IMG/VR virus record: IMGVR_UViG_3300027985_001221
Location: 1-60,768 of that record
Source of the DNA: a virus
Taxonomy: Duplodnaviria > Caudoviricetes
DNA: 60,768 nt
Strand: one strand, 5' to 3'
Both the position numbers and the translations under genes were made by a program. Under the pieces are notes generated by a model. The model ran no database searches. It saw only the letters and a list, made by a program, of their open reading frames with translations, and had not been told where the DNA came from. This document shows, in pieces, positions 29,201 through 38,468 of the stretch; the stretch's first letter is position 1, and each line of letters starts with the position of its first letter.

Positions 29201-29565
29201 AATGAAGCAGAAGAGGGGGCAGTACAAGTGGCAACTCCACCACTAACTACCCAATCAGCACTAGTGGTTTTCCATGATGCAGAGTTATTAAAAGGGGAGT
29301 CGGCCATGACATTACTACCGATAGTAGCATAGTCAGTGGGATCTGTTCTATACATTCCAGGGTAAGCTGGCCTATCAACATTAGTAGTTATATAAGTCAA
29401 CTTACCATTTGGTCTTCTGGATAATATATTTTGACCGCCGCCAGTGATTGTTACATCGTCAGCTTGCTTGACTAAACTTTTACTACTATCAAGTGCATTA
29501 AAGTCCCCCATTGCGGGGGAGCACATTAATGCTGATAGGAGTATAAAAAGAAATATCCTTTTCAT
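26197..29565 (-). CDS. Tail fibre / receptor-binding protein with repeated carbohydrate-binding-like modules
   Basis: 1122 aa, Thr/Ser-rich; AATNL..S...W x2 and Q.E.G..AT..ITT repeats; lectin-like C-terminus. Confidence 0.75.
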   Translation of the reverse strand: MKRIFLFILLSALMCSPAMGDFNALDSSKSLVKQADDVTITGGGQNILSRRPNGKLTYITTNVDRPAYPGMYRTDPTDYATIGSNVMADSPFNNSASWKTTSADWVVSGGVATCTAPSSASFIYQENIATIGAKYRVSVKVSSISGTGAISLTSGADSYTFTGPGTYVYDGIKEINNSVYIKCYAGSTMVIDDFTVKPITFNNSIYNNDDYYLGPELFTGNLNTGAGLSVSGEDATHIVTFSSSGMRYQSDTTSPQLVVNQLNTLTVGKNYLFKISGVVTSGSVKSDFFTPNTVDFNTITQKGAISTTFNITRSVTNVDVLITYISIREIIPKFKDTLPDGSRTHPYRMIQGTKVYDQYKSYTDTLGYHSKYKRVNYKNGWYEGSETGWSTAPWSYTPAATNLLTRSSGFENAPPWVISSGTVSADTHVSPTGAQDADTITATTPSAAFCSETVTGVTSGNPYTYSIFLRTVSGTGTWTLGWYDGAHHRTDVSVTEKWQRYTISFTPSATSINVYCMDTRGLTCSLTSVVAWGAQLETGSTATPPITTTTAAVTTVGTAFNYVKYSTAPTTANGWLVYYVEEPVATTEVSGPIPGRDARKIVAKVNSSSHFVACDNSASFTSGSVYTQTALLKAGEISKAQLTFASAAFGSNAWATFDLREGKVVSYGSAASGEIEYVNNGWYRCSITSPATVTTTTYSAYIVACNDNNYNSRFPSYTGDGVSGFYLAHVQIELSNYFNGYVITDASAVTTAVIPSKLKYGGFYSPSAGGILCEPAATNLFVYGSDMTNAAWTKSTMNVDQVYDSYIERVVSRLTATVGTGAHAVTGTVVMPTPHTRSVVIRSNGVQYVQMNSPSAFNGTAYANYDIINGTVTASTDCTASISPIGNHGWYVITYTVSGTASTAGCSLYFVDTGTTARGGTYTGDGVKGAYVAFSQAESGSYATSPIITTTSTATRALTIITVDKLIPNSGDNFTLILRQKSSGSQIASNQCLFDTWTGSLEDRYIVQILSATYICYIADAGISNNISLTYSYAASEDVFIVFKVSTNENLKKLWVGGVYNSLSDTQHFVPQTSCRLGSYYNNSNPYNGIISAVIINRALSDANCLAISNKTKTIEEALRGN

Positions 29566-29574
29566 ATCTTCTCC

Positions 29575-30048
29575 TTAGTTTTTATCAACTACCCAGATTT
29601 CTACAACTGCCTTTTTGGTAGACCCCATTCCCGACATTACCAAGTATGGGGAGCCACTGTAAGGTATGACATAGGGTAAACCATCAACAATAGGACGTAT
29701 AATTACATCAGCAGTATTCAATCTGGACACTCCATAACCGTACAGCATATCATACTTGATGGTCGCATTACGATTGTACAGGTAAATGGACCATCCAGTG
29801 CTCGGCGTATCAGTAGTGTCCAATCGCACCACAACATGATCAATTGCTCCCTCCAATTTGGTTATTGCCAAAGAGGCATTACCAGAGGAATCAGACGTAA
29901 CATCATAACTCTTCATCGAATATCGGGTACCACCAATGGTTATAATCCTTATCGAATTAGAAGAATTCTCTACTATGGCGGCATGGGCCAGATTACATGA
30001 CATAGCCAATGCCATAAGGAACATCATCATTACCAATAACTTTTTCAT
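29575..30048 (-). CDS. Hypothetical protein with signal peptide
   Basis: MKK plus hydrophobic stretch plus AHA. Confidence 0.6.
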   Translation of the reverse strand: MKKLLVMMMFLMALAMSCNLAHAAIVENSSNSIRIITIGGTRYSMKSYDVTSDSSGNASLAITKLEGAIDHVVVRLDTTDTPSTGWSIYLYNRNATIKYDMLYGYGVSRLNTADVIIRPIVDGLPYVIPYSGSPYLVMSGMGSTKKAVVEIWVVDKN

Positions 30049-30398
30049 TCTTTTGTCTCCTCTACTTTTTGTGTGGTTGGTAAAAAATTTCCCGGACCTT
30101 TAATGCCGATGTATAATAGCAATGGCTCATTCATACAAGATATGGCCTGACCCACTGTATCTCCTCCTTTGAATAGCATCACGCAGGTGAGAAGCATGGC
30201 AAATATAAGCATAGCGCATCTGGCATATACCATATAACTTTCGCCATGTTCATTACCCTTACCCTTTATCCCAATGTATGCCATCAGGGGGACACCCATG
30301 TAAGACATAAACATTTCAACACTGGCATTGCCAAACATGAATAATGCAAATACCGAACTCATGTATGATATTATCAACAAACATCTAGTGTAAATCAT
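30045..30398 (-). CDS. Internally duplicated membrane protein, holin candidate
   Basis: Two repeats of Y.RC...PL..YIGIKG.GN, each with hydrophobic helices. Confidence 0.6.
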   Translation of the reverse strand: MIYTRCLLIISYMSSVFALFMFGNASVEMFMSYMGVPLMAYIGIKGKGNEHGESYMVYARCAMLIFAMLLTCVMLFKGGDTVGQAISCMNEPLLLYIGIKGPGNFLPTTQKVEETKE

Positions 30399-30406
30399 GA
30401 CTACTC

Positions 30407-33400
30407 CTATCTATTGTAAGTGAATGTTTTTCTGTACCACTTTGAAGCAGTATCCAATTTCTTTTTATCGTCGGCAGTTAATGATGAATAAAACATGTTC
30501 CTATATTTCTTAGGAAGACCACCAGTGGGCTCGGACATTTGGATGCTTGCACTAATCCCCTCCCATGTACCACCCTCATCAGCGTATTTATTCAAGTATT
30601 TATCTGCAGCCTTAAGATCACTGTACTTCAAAGCAGTCTTAAAGTTATACAAAGCATCAGATTTGTCATTTATTGCACTGCGATGTCCTTTTTCTCCTTG
30701 CTGTTCCATGAAGTTATTAACAAGGTTTCTAACGTGAAAGTAAGCTGATTCACCCGGATCAACGTTATACCACAATTTTTGGGTAAAGTCATCAGCTAAA
30801 CTCTTTGTTGGCAGCCCCATTGCCCTTCTAGAAAAGATTTCAAGTGAGAATTGTTTAAAGACGTAATCCCAATTATTCCTAATTGGCTTGGGATCAAGGA
30901 TACTTGGGTAATCAGTTGTACCTGTCATCACTGTACCAATTGTCTTGAATATCGGTCGGGTGCCGAACCATAATTTCTCGAAAGGAGCAACTGCCGATTC
31001 GGTAAGCTTTGTACCAACTGTCTTCTTACCTGTCATCACGTCCCCGATGTCATATAGGGCGTCTTCACCACCGAACCACGACAAAGCATCCCTGAATGCT
31101 CCCGATATTGGAAGATAACGTATTGAACCATCCGATCTTCGGCCTAATATCATGTGCATCTGTCGTTTTTGATCTCTTGACAATTCATCCTCTTCATCCC
31201 CAAAGAAGGTGGCATTCCACATTGATACCATGGCAGAGAACATTAAGAACTTTAATCCCATCTTAGATGCTCTCCATGTCAGGTTAGTCGCAATTCTTGC
31301 TGTGCCATTACCTTCATGCTTTATGTTTTTCATCATTTTTACATATCGAGGAGCATTTATTTCTATCCATGAGTAGAAAGGAATAAGATTGCTTCTCATC
31401 CACTCCCCGGATTTACTCAACGACCCATAATCACCAATCAACTCCCTCGACAGTTTTGCAGCAATTTCATTTTTATTCGTCATTTCATCAATTTCATGTG
31501 GGTTGGATGCCCCATAAACAATTTCTCCCTTGGCAATCCGATCTTTAAAGTAACGATAGGCTGCAAGACGAAGAATGTTTTCCCTGAAGTTAGTTGCTTC
31601 TTTTGTACGTTGCCAATATTTTATGGCCTGATTGGTCTTTACCCCCATCATATTTTTGAATTCAGATTGAATGTCAGATATTTCATGCATTACAAATCCA
31701 GAGCCAATAACATCAAATTTATGGGCTTCCTGCAACTCATCGGACACTGCCTGACTGGTCGACCCAGCAAATTTATTGACGTTAAATGGGAGTTTTGCTC
31801 CATATGAATTCATATCAGCGGCCAGATCCTTCATTGCAGCAGCGGTATATTTCAAAATGCGAGGATCATATGCCATAGCTATATCGAGGTCACCAGATAT
31901 GTTGTTAACAGTATACCTAAAGACTCTGAATGGGTTTAGGAGTGTCCATTTCTTCCATCCTGATACCATTTGTCGTTGGATGATGTCCATTACACCTTTT
32001 TTACCTTCCTGCTCTCCCGCCTGATCTAGTGCTTTAGCAACTTCCTCTGGTATTACCCATATTTCATCTTGCCCTTTAACATAAGCCTTTTTGATTTGAT
32101 CAGGGTCAATCAACTTACCAGCAAGTACATTCTCTACTGCCTGTGCGCTGATCGTATTTGCTTTTCTCCATGCACTGCCGGGGGCAGGTTTCCACATCAC
32201 ATAGCCCTTGGGCATTACCTGACTAAGGTTGTCAACGTTAGGATCGTTCTTTACTTGATCCATCAAATCATGGTATTTATCATATTTCTCCCTAATGTTT
32301 TCCTTTCTATCATATACCTCAATAGCGGAAATTGCCTGGGACATTACTTCAAATTCTGATGTGATGTATTCAGTGTTATAATCCTGTATGCTCCCGGATC
32401 TGGCTTTCTGCCACCCTCTCTTGGTGATTCTAACATCACCTCTAGTAGTTGGGGTGAATGCGTATTCATCACCCATTGCCATTTTTTCCAACACTTGATG
32501 GTGGAAGTATGCATCATCCTTAGCCAATTCCTTCTTTAACATTTTATTTTTGACTAGTTTTTGCTTAATATCCCTCATCATTGCTTTACGTTTAGCAAGA
32601 GCCTGCATTACCTTTTGACTCTTACGTGCTTCATTTTGGAAATGTCGGACACTCTCCGCAACTTCTGCAACTGTACGGAATCCAAATGGTAGATGACCAT
32701 CCTCAAGAAGGGAATATCCGTTAACATCGGGGGTAGCATCTTTCATGATGTCAGCAAGAACAAGATTCATGGTGAATACAACATTTTCATTCTCATCCAT
32801 GTTACCTACAATGTTATAGATGTCCTTCCATGCTTTGTAGGCCCCATAATGATCGGAATTCTTAATTAGCCTCAATTCATTTTTAAGATAACCATGTTCA
32901 TTGGGTTTCAAAGAGGTATATGTTCTAGTAAAACTTTTACCCAATTCATTGAATCTATCTTTAAGCTTTTCAAGTTTACCCTTTACTTGAATCCCCCTAC
33001 TAGCTTCTATTCTTTTCTGTACTTGGGGATGGGGATCAACCGGATTGATCGAATATTTAAACCTGTTATCGTTTGGATCAAAATTACCAGTGTTAAGGGT
33101 TGCGCTCTTTATCTGGTTTGGTTCAAAAGTAACAAGGTAATCGGCCTCTTTTATCCAGATGCTATCAAATCCCAGGTTTCTTAATTTAGCCGCCAACATC
33201 TTTGACTGTTGTACATTCTCAATGTCCTGTGCCTGTTTCAGGGTCATCGGGTAAGGATTCTCGGCTTTTATATAGAATTCATGTATGTTATCACCATATC
33301 TGGTTACCCTCTCCAGATGGGGAGAAAAGAAAAATCCAAGACCAGAGGTGGCATGGTTGGTGCTGGAGCCAATCTTACTTTTATCGAATTCTTCGAAGGC

Positions 33401-36400
33401 TTTGTCGGTAGCATGGTATACTATCGCTGGCTCTCCTCCTCTAGTAATCTTACTGTCACCGAACCACTCCTTGAAGGCTACACTAGAAGTGTCCACCGGC
33501 TTGAACTCTTGTTTCTTACTTTCCTTTACATCAAATTCAATATCAGGATCAATAAATCCAAGTTCAGAAATAAGGGCATCCAATTTTTCAAAATCAGTGC
33601 TAAATTTGTATTTATTCAACTCCGACTCGGACACTCTAGAGGAATCTCCACCCAATAAATCATTTACTTTTTGTTGGGCCTCTTTATTCCTCTTCAATTC
33701 CCCCCTTAATTTGGTTATTTCCTCATTTTCTTTACTCTTTGCATTCCTCGCCGCTGCTCTCTCCATGGTGGCCTTGATATAATCGTCGACTTCCTCCACC
33801 TTGCTCTTTACAAAATCATCGACAACTTTATTTTCACCCACGCGCTTTGCTCGCCTCGGTCCAGTTTCCCTTTTTACTTTAATGTCCTGATTTGACAATA
33901 GCTTATCAATCTCTTCAATGGTAAGGGGACCATTTTTATCAATCATTTCTGATACGTTTTTAACTATATCAGAATCAACCTCCCCCGAGGAAGGCGGGGG
34001 GTTCTTCTTTTTAGTGGTCAGGTCACTATCGGGGGAGGTTGAAACTTTATTTTCCTTTTGCCAATTTTTGAGTCTACCCTCCATTGCGTTGACTGATAAC
34101 AAAGCCTTTCCTCTAAAGAATACAGCCTTATCCCCTTCAACGTCCATCCCGAGGACTTCTTCAAAATATTTATCATTCTTTCCAGACAGATTAATAACAA
34201 GATTTTTATTGTTTTGTCTACACCATTTTACCATTATACTGAACTCCTCTGGAGTAGATATCATGGCATCTTCTTCACTGACAGTAATGTAGTTATCAGT
34301 GGTAGATTCAACTGGTATAGTTTCTTCATCTATTTTTGTTATTTTGGTTGACATTCCGGGTTTTGCATCAGTATATTTCTGACCAACGGATTTTCCACCA
34401 AAGAACTTCTTAAATTCCTTTTTATTATTTACATGCATATTTGGCTCAAATACAGCATCCGAACCAACTTTTTTAAACCCGAGATGTTCAACAGCAGTGG
34501 AATTTGTGGCTCCTCCCAATATTACTATTGGACGTTTTTCTTCCCTACCACGTTTTATCAATTCCCTCATATCTTGATATGACATGGACTTAGCATCATC
34601 AACAGATACATCTATTGAATTGGTTCTGTCATATTCTTTTTCTGCTTTTTTGTTTTCTGCCTTTCTTTCCTTTTTCAGGTTATTGATATCTTTTCCAGAT
34701 TTAACTATCAATTTACCATCGGTATCAACTATCCCATCATTTTGAAGGGATGTCATTATTTCTTTTGCTCTGGAATAACCAACTCCCATTCTACTTCTTA
34801 TCTGATTGATACTGATTTCACCATCCCTGAGGATATAATCAACTACGTCCCCATATTTGTCATCCTGGGGCTTCTCGGTATTAGCCTGTTCTACCGTTAT
34901 TTCCTCTGGTTCATTGCTTTTGAGATTATCCCCCCTTACCTTTTTTACTTCTCCCGTATCCTTCATTTTTATCTTGATGTTACCAAAGAAACTGCCTACT
35001 ACTGTAGCTTCTTTACCATCGTACAAAACTTCTTTCCCAACATAGTTGGATTTAAGCCGTAATTCAAGTTTTTTCCGGGCATCCTCGGTAAGGAATTGGG
35101 GAGCGGCCATCCTCTTCTGTTTAAACATTTTGAAGGATGCAGCTTTCTTTGCTTTAACCCATTGTATTTTATTGTCATCCTTCTTATATTGTTTTTTAGC
35201 CGCCTTCATTTCTTCCTGATAGGTGGCATCAATTTCGTCCCACTTAGTTTTTTGCTCGGGGGTGATATTAGCAGTGATTCCACCGAAGGTTACTTTTTCA
35301 CCAACAGAGGGATTGGACACTGCTGCAGCCTTCTCCTTGGCTGTCATACCTGATTTATTAGTAGGGGAGACTTTCTGAGAAGTGTCCGTTTTGGAATTTT
35401 TATTCTTCCAATTTTTCTCCATGGCTTCATTGGATGCCTCCCCTTTCATCTCAATGACTTCTGCCCTTACAAATTCTCTAGTGTCCGGGTCCCTGTCCCA
35501 AAGAGTCATTTCACTACCCTTTGTTGTTACCCTTCTTTCCTTGCCTCCGGCGAGCCAATCTCTAGATTTAGAAACACGCTCGTTCATGGTAGATATCGTG
35601 GTACGGACTGTCTCGGTTGAGGTCGCTCCGGGGGTCGGGCCAGCCGATGGCCCCGGCGATGGGGTCCCGGCTGCAGCGGTCGGGCTCTCGGGCTCGGCGG
35701 CGGGGGTCAAGCCGCTCGGCTCGGTCGAGGCCGTCCCAGGGCTCCGGGAGCCTTCTACGTTATTGTTAATAGCCTCAGGTTTTGGGGACCCTTTGGAAAT
35801 AGGCTCTTTTGCCAGTTTTCTATTAGCATACTTCTTATAGACAGTGGTAATGGTTTGACGCATTCTGTTCATATCATCAAATATGAAGTCAGAAGATTGA
35901 ACTCCCCTTATTCTCTTAAATACCCTGCCCACTACATTTTTAGCAGCATTAATGATTCTCCAGAATTTTGGTTTATCCTTTGCATACATCATATCCCAAA
36001 ATTTAGGGTCACTAAATTCATTACCAGAAAAATCAGCAAGTATCTCCTCAACTACTTGATAATTGTCCATTTCTGGTATGCCATGTTTTTCTGTAAGTTC
36101 GTTGTATTTTTTACGATACTTACCATACACGTCCATGTTCATTAATGATACAGCGGTTTTTTCCAAATAATCATATGTTTCTGGATCTTCCGTTTTCAGT
36201 GTATGGATCATTTCATGACCCAATATAAACATATGAGGTTTAGCAGCCTTTGAATTCATCATTATTACTTCTGGACGATTAGAGTCTGCTATTCCATCTG
36301 GTATTGGTGCTTTATCATTGAGATGATCATAAAAAATAATCTTTTTATCAAATATCTTGCCGATCGATTTAATTGTATTAGCATGTTCGGGAAGAGATTC

Positions 36401-38452
36401 AGTAGGAGTAATCCTTATTTCAATTCTTTTATCCCTATCTGGTTGCATCTTTGCCATGGTTATATTGTAATCATCAATTACATCTTGATCCTTAATATAA
36501 GCATGGGGCCATACATGGCCTTCCGATTTCATGTTGTAATGGTTTTTGATACCCTGATCAAAGAAAAATTCATTGTCATCACTGCCCCTTTTACTGTCAG
36601 TGATAAGGTCAAGACCCCTAATGTCAGTAGACACCAAACCAAATTCAGTATCAGCTTTGTTAGGATCAGTTGTCCATAGATTTTCTTTACTGGTCTGGTA
36701 CAACTTTACCTCGTCATCTGGCTTTATGTTGTCCCATGTTACCCGATTGTTTGGACCAAGTGGCTTCTTTAAATCATTTATGCCACCCTTAGGCATTTCC
36801 TTTTTACTGAAATAGAAATCAGCATCGATGATATCCTGCTGGCGCATTCCCATAACGCCATCCTCGGACTTCATCCTCATTTTGTAATCATTCCATTCAT
36901 CCCTGGTAATTTCACCATTTCTGATAGCACCAATTATGTCATTATTGGTCTTCATGCTATCTAATGGGTTAGGTCTGGTGGATACGGGAGTGGTAATTTC
37001 TGGTTCTGGTGTTTTTACTTCTTCCTCATCTGGAAGTTTACCATTAACCAGTATGTCATCCACAATTTTCTTATTAGCGTCATCCTCATACTTAAGATTA
37101 ACCCTGCCGATCTGCTCGGGGGTAAAATCCTTCTTATCATACTCATCCCATTGCTCTTTGGTGATGTCTCCCCTACTTATTGCTTTCATCTTATCAGCAA
37201 CAGAGGGAAGAGTAACGAGAGGATTAACAAACGCATCCTTATCGGACACTCCAGGGGCTGCTGCGGGGGCTGCTGCGGGGGCATTCTTTGTATCCCCCAC
37301 CTTTTTACTTCCTCCATGATCCCTGAACACTGTGCCGTAGGCCCCACCGACAGTACCGCCCAAAATGATAGATTCCATTAATCCATCTGTTAACTCGGTA
37401 TTGGGATCATATCCAATCTTTTGCAGAGCGTTGCCTATTACTTGCTGTAATCCTTCTGTAGACCCCTCTACCAGTGTCCCAGCGGCAATATCCTTACCCA
37501 ATTCGGTAATAAACTTCATAGAAGTTTCTTTAGCAGCTTCGCCGGTTACTTCTTTACCAGCCTTTTTGCCAAGCATGCCAAATACATCGGATAAATGAAA
37601 TTTATCTGTAAGACCCTCGATGGCACCAGATATAACACCAGTTGCAATGACAGAGGACACTCCCCGGATCGTCGGTTCTTCATTCTCCTTAGTCAAGAAA
37701 CTACGGTATGACTCCTGTGCACCAGCCATCTCTTGACCAATACCAATCCCCATCTGGACTTTGGCCATACCCTTTGATAACTCTTTGGCAGCGGCAATCT
37801 TGGCTTCCTTACTAATAGTTTTATCCATTAGCTTTTTGACTAGGGCCTCTCCCCCTGTCTTAAGGAAATATTTACCTCCGACAAGGTTGGGGAGAATGGA
37901 CATAGCAGCTTCCGGGCCATTAGCTATAATCCAGTTAGGATCTTTTATTCCCTCTTTCCAATCAGTAGGAATGGCAGCATTGGGGGCCATAGATTCTACT
38001 GCAGCATCCTTTACCCTATTACCGAAATCAATGACTGATCCAATACCAGAGGATCTTTTATCCTCGGGGGATGGCTCTATTCCCATCATCTCAAGAGTTT
38101 TATTGGAAAGGGCAGTACCAACATCACTTACAAGTTGGGCATTTTCAAAGGGGAACATTACTCCCCTTACCAACCCTCTTCCTGTACTCTTTGCAGCCTC
38201 AGCCAATTTGGATACTTCTTCCGGCTGTTGCTGGGGTAATTGCTGTGCTTGTCTAGTGGCGTACGATGGAGGAACAGGATTGTTCCCAAGAGCACCTAAC
38301 ATATCATTGCTCTTAGACCCACTGCTTAAACTACCAAGCATGGCATCGGCATCTTTGTCGATGTTTTGGGGTTTTTGTTCCCCCAATACCCCCAACATGC
38401 TATTTATGGCAGCTCTCTTCCTTTCGTCCTCTTTCGCATTCTCTTTTAACAT
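30407..38452 (-). CDS. Giant polyvalent internal-virion/ejection protein (zincin peptidase, FtsK-gamma-like wHTH, ART-PolyVal-like domain)
   Basis: 2681 aa; GHEMIH...EE.LAD; SINQIRSRMGVGYSRA..I...L..DGIV; FKEWFGDSK...VYHAT...F...GFFFS...FEPNQIKSA..N.G.F. Confidence 0.8.
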   Translation of the reverse strand: MLKENAKEDERKRAAINSMLGVLGEQKPQNIDKDADAMLGSLSSGSKSNDMLGALGNNPVPPSYATRQAQQLPQQQPEEVSKLAEAAKSTGRGLVRGVMFPFENAQLVSDVGTALSNKTLEMMGIEPSPEDKRSSGIGSVIDFGNRVKDAAVESMAPNAAIPTDWKEGIKDPNWIIANGPEAAMSILPNLVGGKYFLKTGGEALVKKLMDKTISKEAKIAAAKELSKGMAKVQMGIGIGQEMAGAQESYRSFLTKENEEPTIRGVSSVIATGVISGAIEGLTDKFHLSDVFGMLGKKAGKEVTGEAAKETSMKFITELGKDIAAGTLVEGSTEGLQQVIGNALQKIGYDPNTELTDGLMESIILGGTVGGAYGTVFRDHGGSKKVGDTKNAPAAAPAAAPGVSDKDAFVNPLVTLPSVADKMKAISRGDITKEQWDEYDKKDFTPEQIGRVNLKYEDDANKKIVDDILVNGKLPDEEEVKTPEPEITTPVSTRPNPLDSMKTNNDIIGAIRNGEITRDEWNDYKMRMKSEDGVMGMRQQDIIDADFYFSKKEMPKGGINDLKKPLGPNNRVTWDNIKPDDEVKLYQTSKENLWTTDPNKADTEFGLVSTDIRGLDLITDSKRGSDDNEFFFDQGIKNHYNMKSEGHVWPHAYIKDQDVIDDYNITMAKMQPDRDKRIEIRITPTESLPEHANTIKSIGKIFDKKIIFYDHLNDKAPIPDGIADSNRPEVIMMNSKAAKPHMFILGHEMIHTLKTEDPETYDYLEKTAVSLMNMDVYGKYRKKYNELTEKHGIPEMDNYQVVEEILADFSGNEFSDPKFWDMMYAKDKPKFWRIINAAKNVVGRVFKRIRGVQSSDFIFDDMNRMRQTITTVYKKYANRKLAKEPISKGSPKPEAINNNVEGSRSPGTASTEPSGLTPAAEPESPTAAAGTPSPGPSAGPTPGATSTETVRTTISTMNERVSKSRDWLAGGKERRVTTKGSEMTLWDRDPDTREFVRAEVIEMKGEASNEAMEKNWKNKNSKTDTSQKVSPTNKSGMTAKEKAAAVSNPSVGEKVTFGGITANITPEQKTKWDEIDATYQEEMKAAKKQYKKDDNKIQWVKAKKAASFKMFKQKRMAAPQFLTEDARKKLELRLKSNYVGKEVLYDGKEATVVGSFFGNIKIKMKDTGEVKKVRGDNLKSNEPEEITVEQANTEKPQDDKYGDVVDYILRDGEISINQIRSRMGVGYSRAKEIMTSLQNDGIVDTDGKLIVKSGKDINNLKKERKAENKKAEKEYDRTNSIDVSVDDAKSMSYQDMRELIKRGREEKRPIVILGGATNSTAVEHLGFKKVGSDAVFEPNMHVNNKKEFKKFFGGKSVGQKYTDAKPGMSTKITKIDEETIPVESTTDNYITVSEEDAMISTPEEFSIMVKWCRQNNKNLVINLSGKNDKYFEEVLGMDVEGDKAVFFRGKALLSVNAMEGRLKNWQKENKVSTSPDSDLTTKKKNPPPSSGEVDSDIVKNVSEMIDKNGPLTIEEIDKLLSNQDIKVKRETGPRRAKRVGENKVVDDFVKSKVEEVDDYIKATMERAAARNAKSKENEEITKLRGELKRNKEAQQKVNDLLGGDSSRVSESELNKYKFSTDFEKLDALISELGFIDPDIEFDVKESKKQEFKPVDTSSVAFKEWFGDSKITRGGEPAIVYHATDKAFEEFDKSKIGSSTNHATSGLGFFFSPHLERVTRYGDNIHEFYIKAENPYPMTLKQAQDIENVQQSKMLAAKLRNLGFDSIWIKEADYLVTFEPNQIKSATLNTGNFDPNDNRFKYSINPVDPHPQVQKRIEASRGIQVKGKLEKLKDRFNELGKSFTRTYTSLKPNEHGYLKNELRLIKNSDHYGAYKAWKDIYNIVGNMDENENVVFTMNLVLADIMKDATPDVNGYSLLEDGHLPFGFRTVAEVAESVRHFQNEARKSQKVMQALAKRKAMMRDIKQKLVKNKMLKKELAKDDAYFHHQVLEKMAMGDEYAFTPTTRGDVRITKRGWQKARSGSIQDYNTEYITSEFEVMSQAISAIEVYDRKENIREKYDKYHDLMDQVKNDPNVDNLSQVMPKGYVMWKPAPGSAWRKANTISAQAVENVLAGKLIDPDQIKKAYVKGQDEIWVIPEEVAKALDQAGEQEGKKGVMDIIQRQMVSGWKKWTLLNPFRVFRYTVNNISGDLDIAMAYDPRILKYTAAAMKDLAADMNSYGAKLPFNVNKFAGSTSQAVSDELQEAHKFDVIGSGFVMHEISDIQSEFKNMMGVKTNQAIKYWQRTKEATNFRENILRLAAYRYFKDRIAKGEIVYGASNPHEIDEMTNKNEIAAKLSRELIGDYGSLSKSGEWMRSNLIPFYSWIEINAPRYVKMMKNIKHEGNGTARIATNLTWRASKMGLKFLMFSAMVSMWNATFFGDEEDELSRDQKRQMHMILGRRSDGSIRYLPISGAFRDALSWFGGEDALYDIGDVMTGKKTVGTKLTESAVAPFEKLWFGTRPIFKTIGTVMTGTTDYPSILDPKPIRNNWDYVFKQFSLEIFSRRAMGLPTKSLADDFTQKLWYNVDPGESAYFHVRNLVNNFMEQQGEKGHRSAINDKSDALYNFKTALKYSDLKAADKYLNKYADEGGTWEGISASIQMSEPTGGLPKKYRNMFYSSLTADDKKKLDTASKWYRKTFTYNR

Positions 38453-38468
38453 TTAAGTTACCCCTGTA

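Noticed and set aside
26197-29565. Diversity-generating retroelement acting on the tail fibre
   Set aside because: No reverse transcriptase and no template/variable repeat pair seen.
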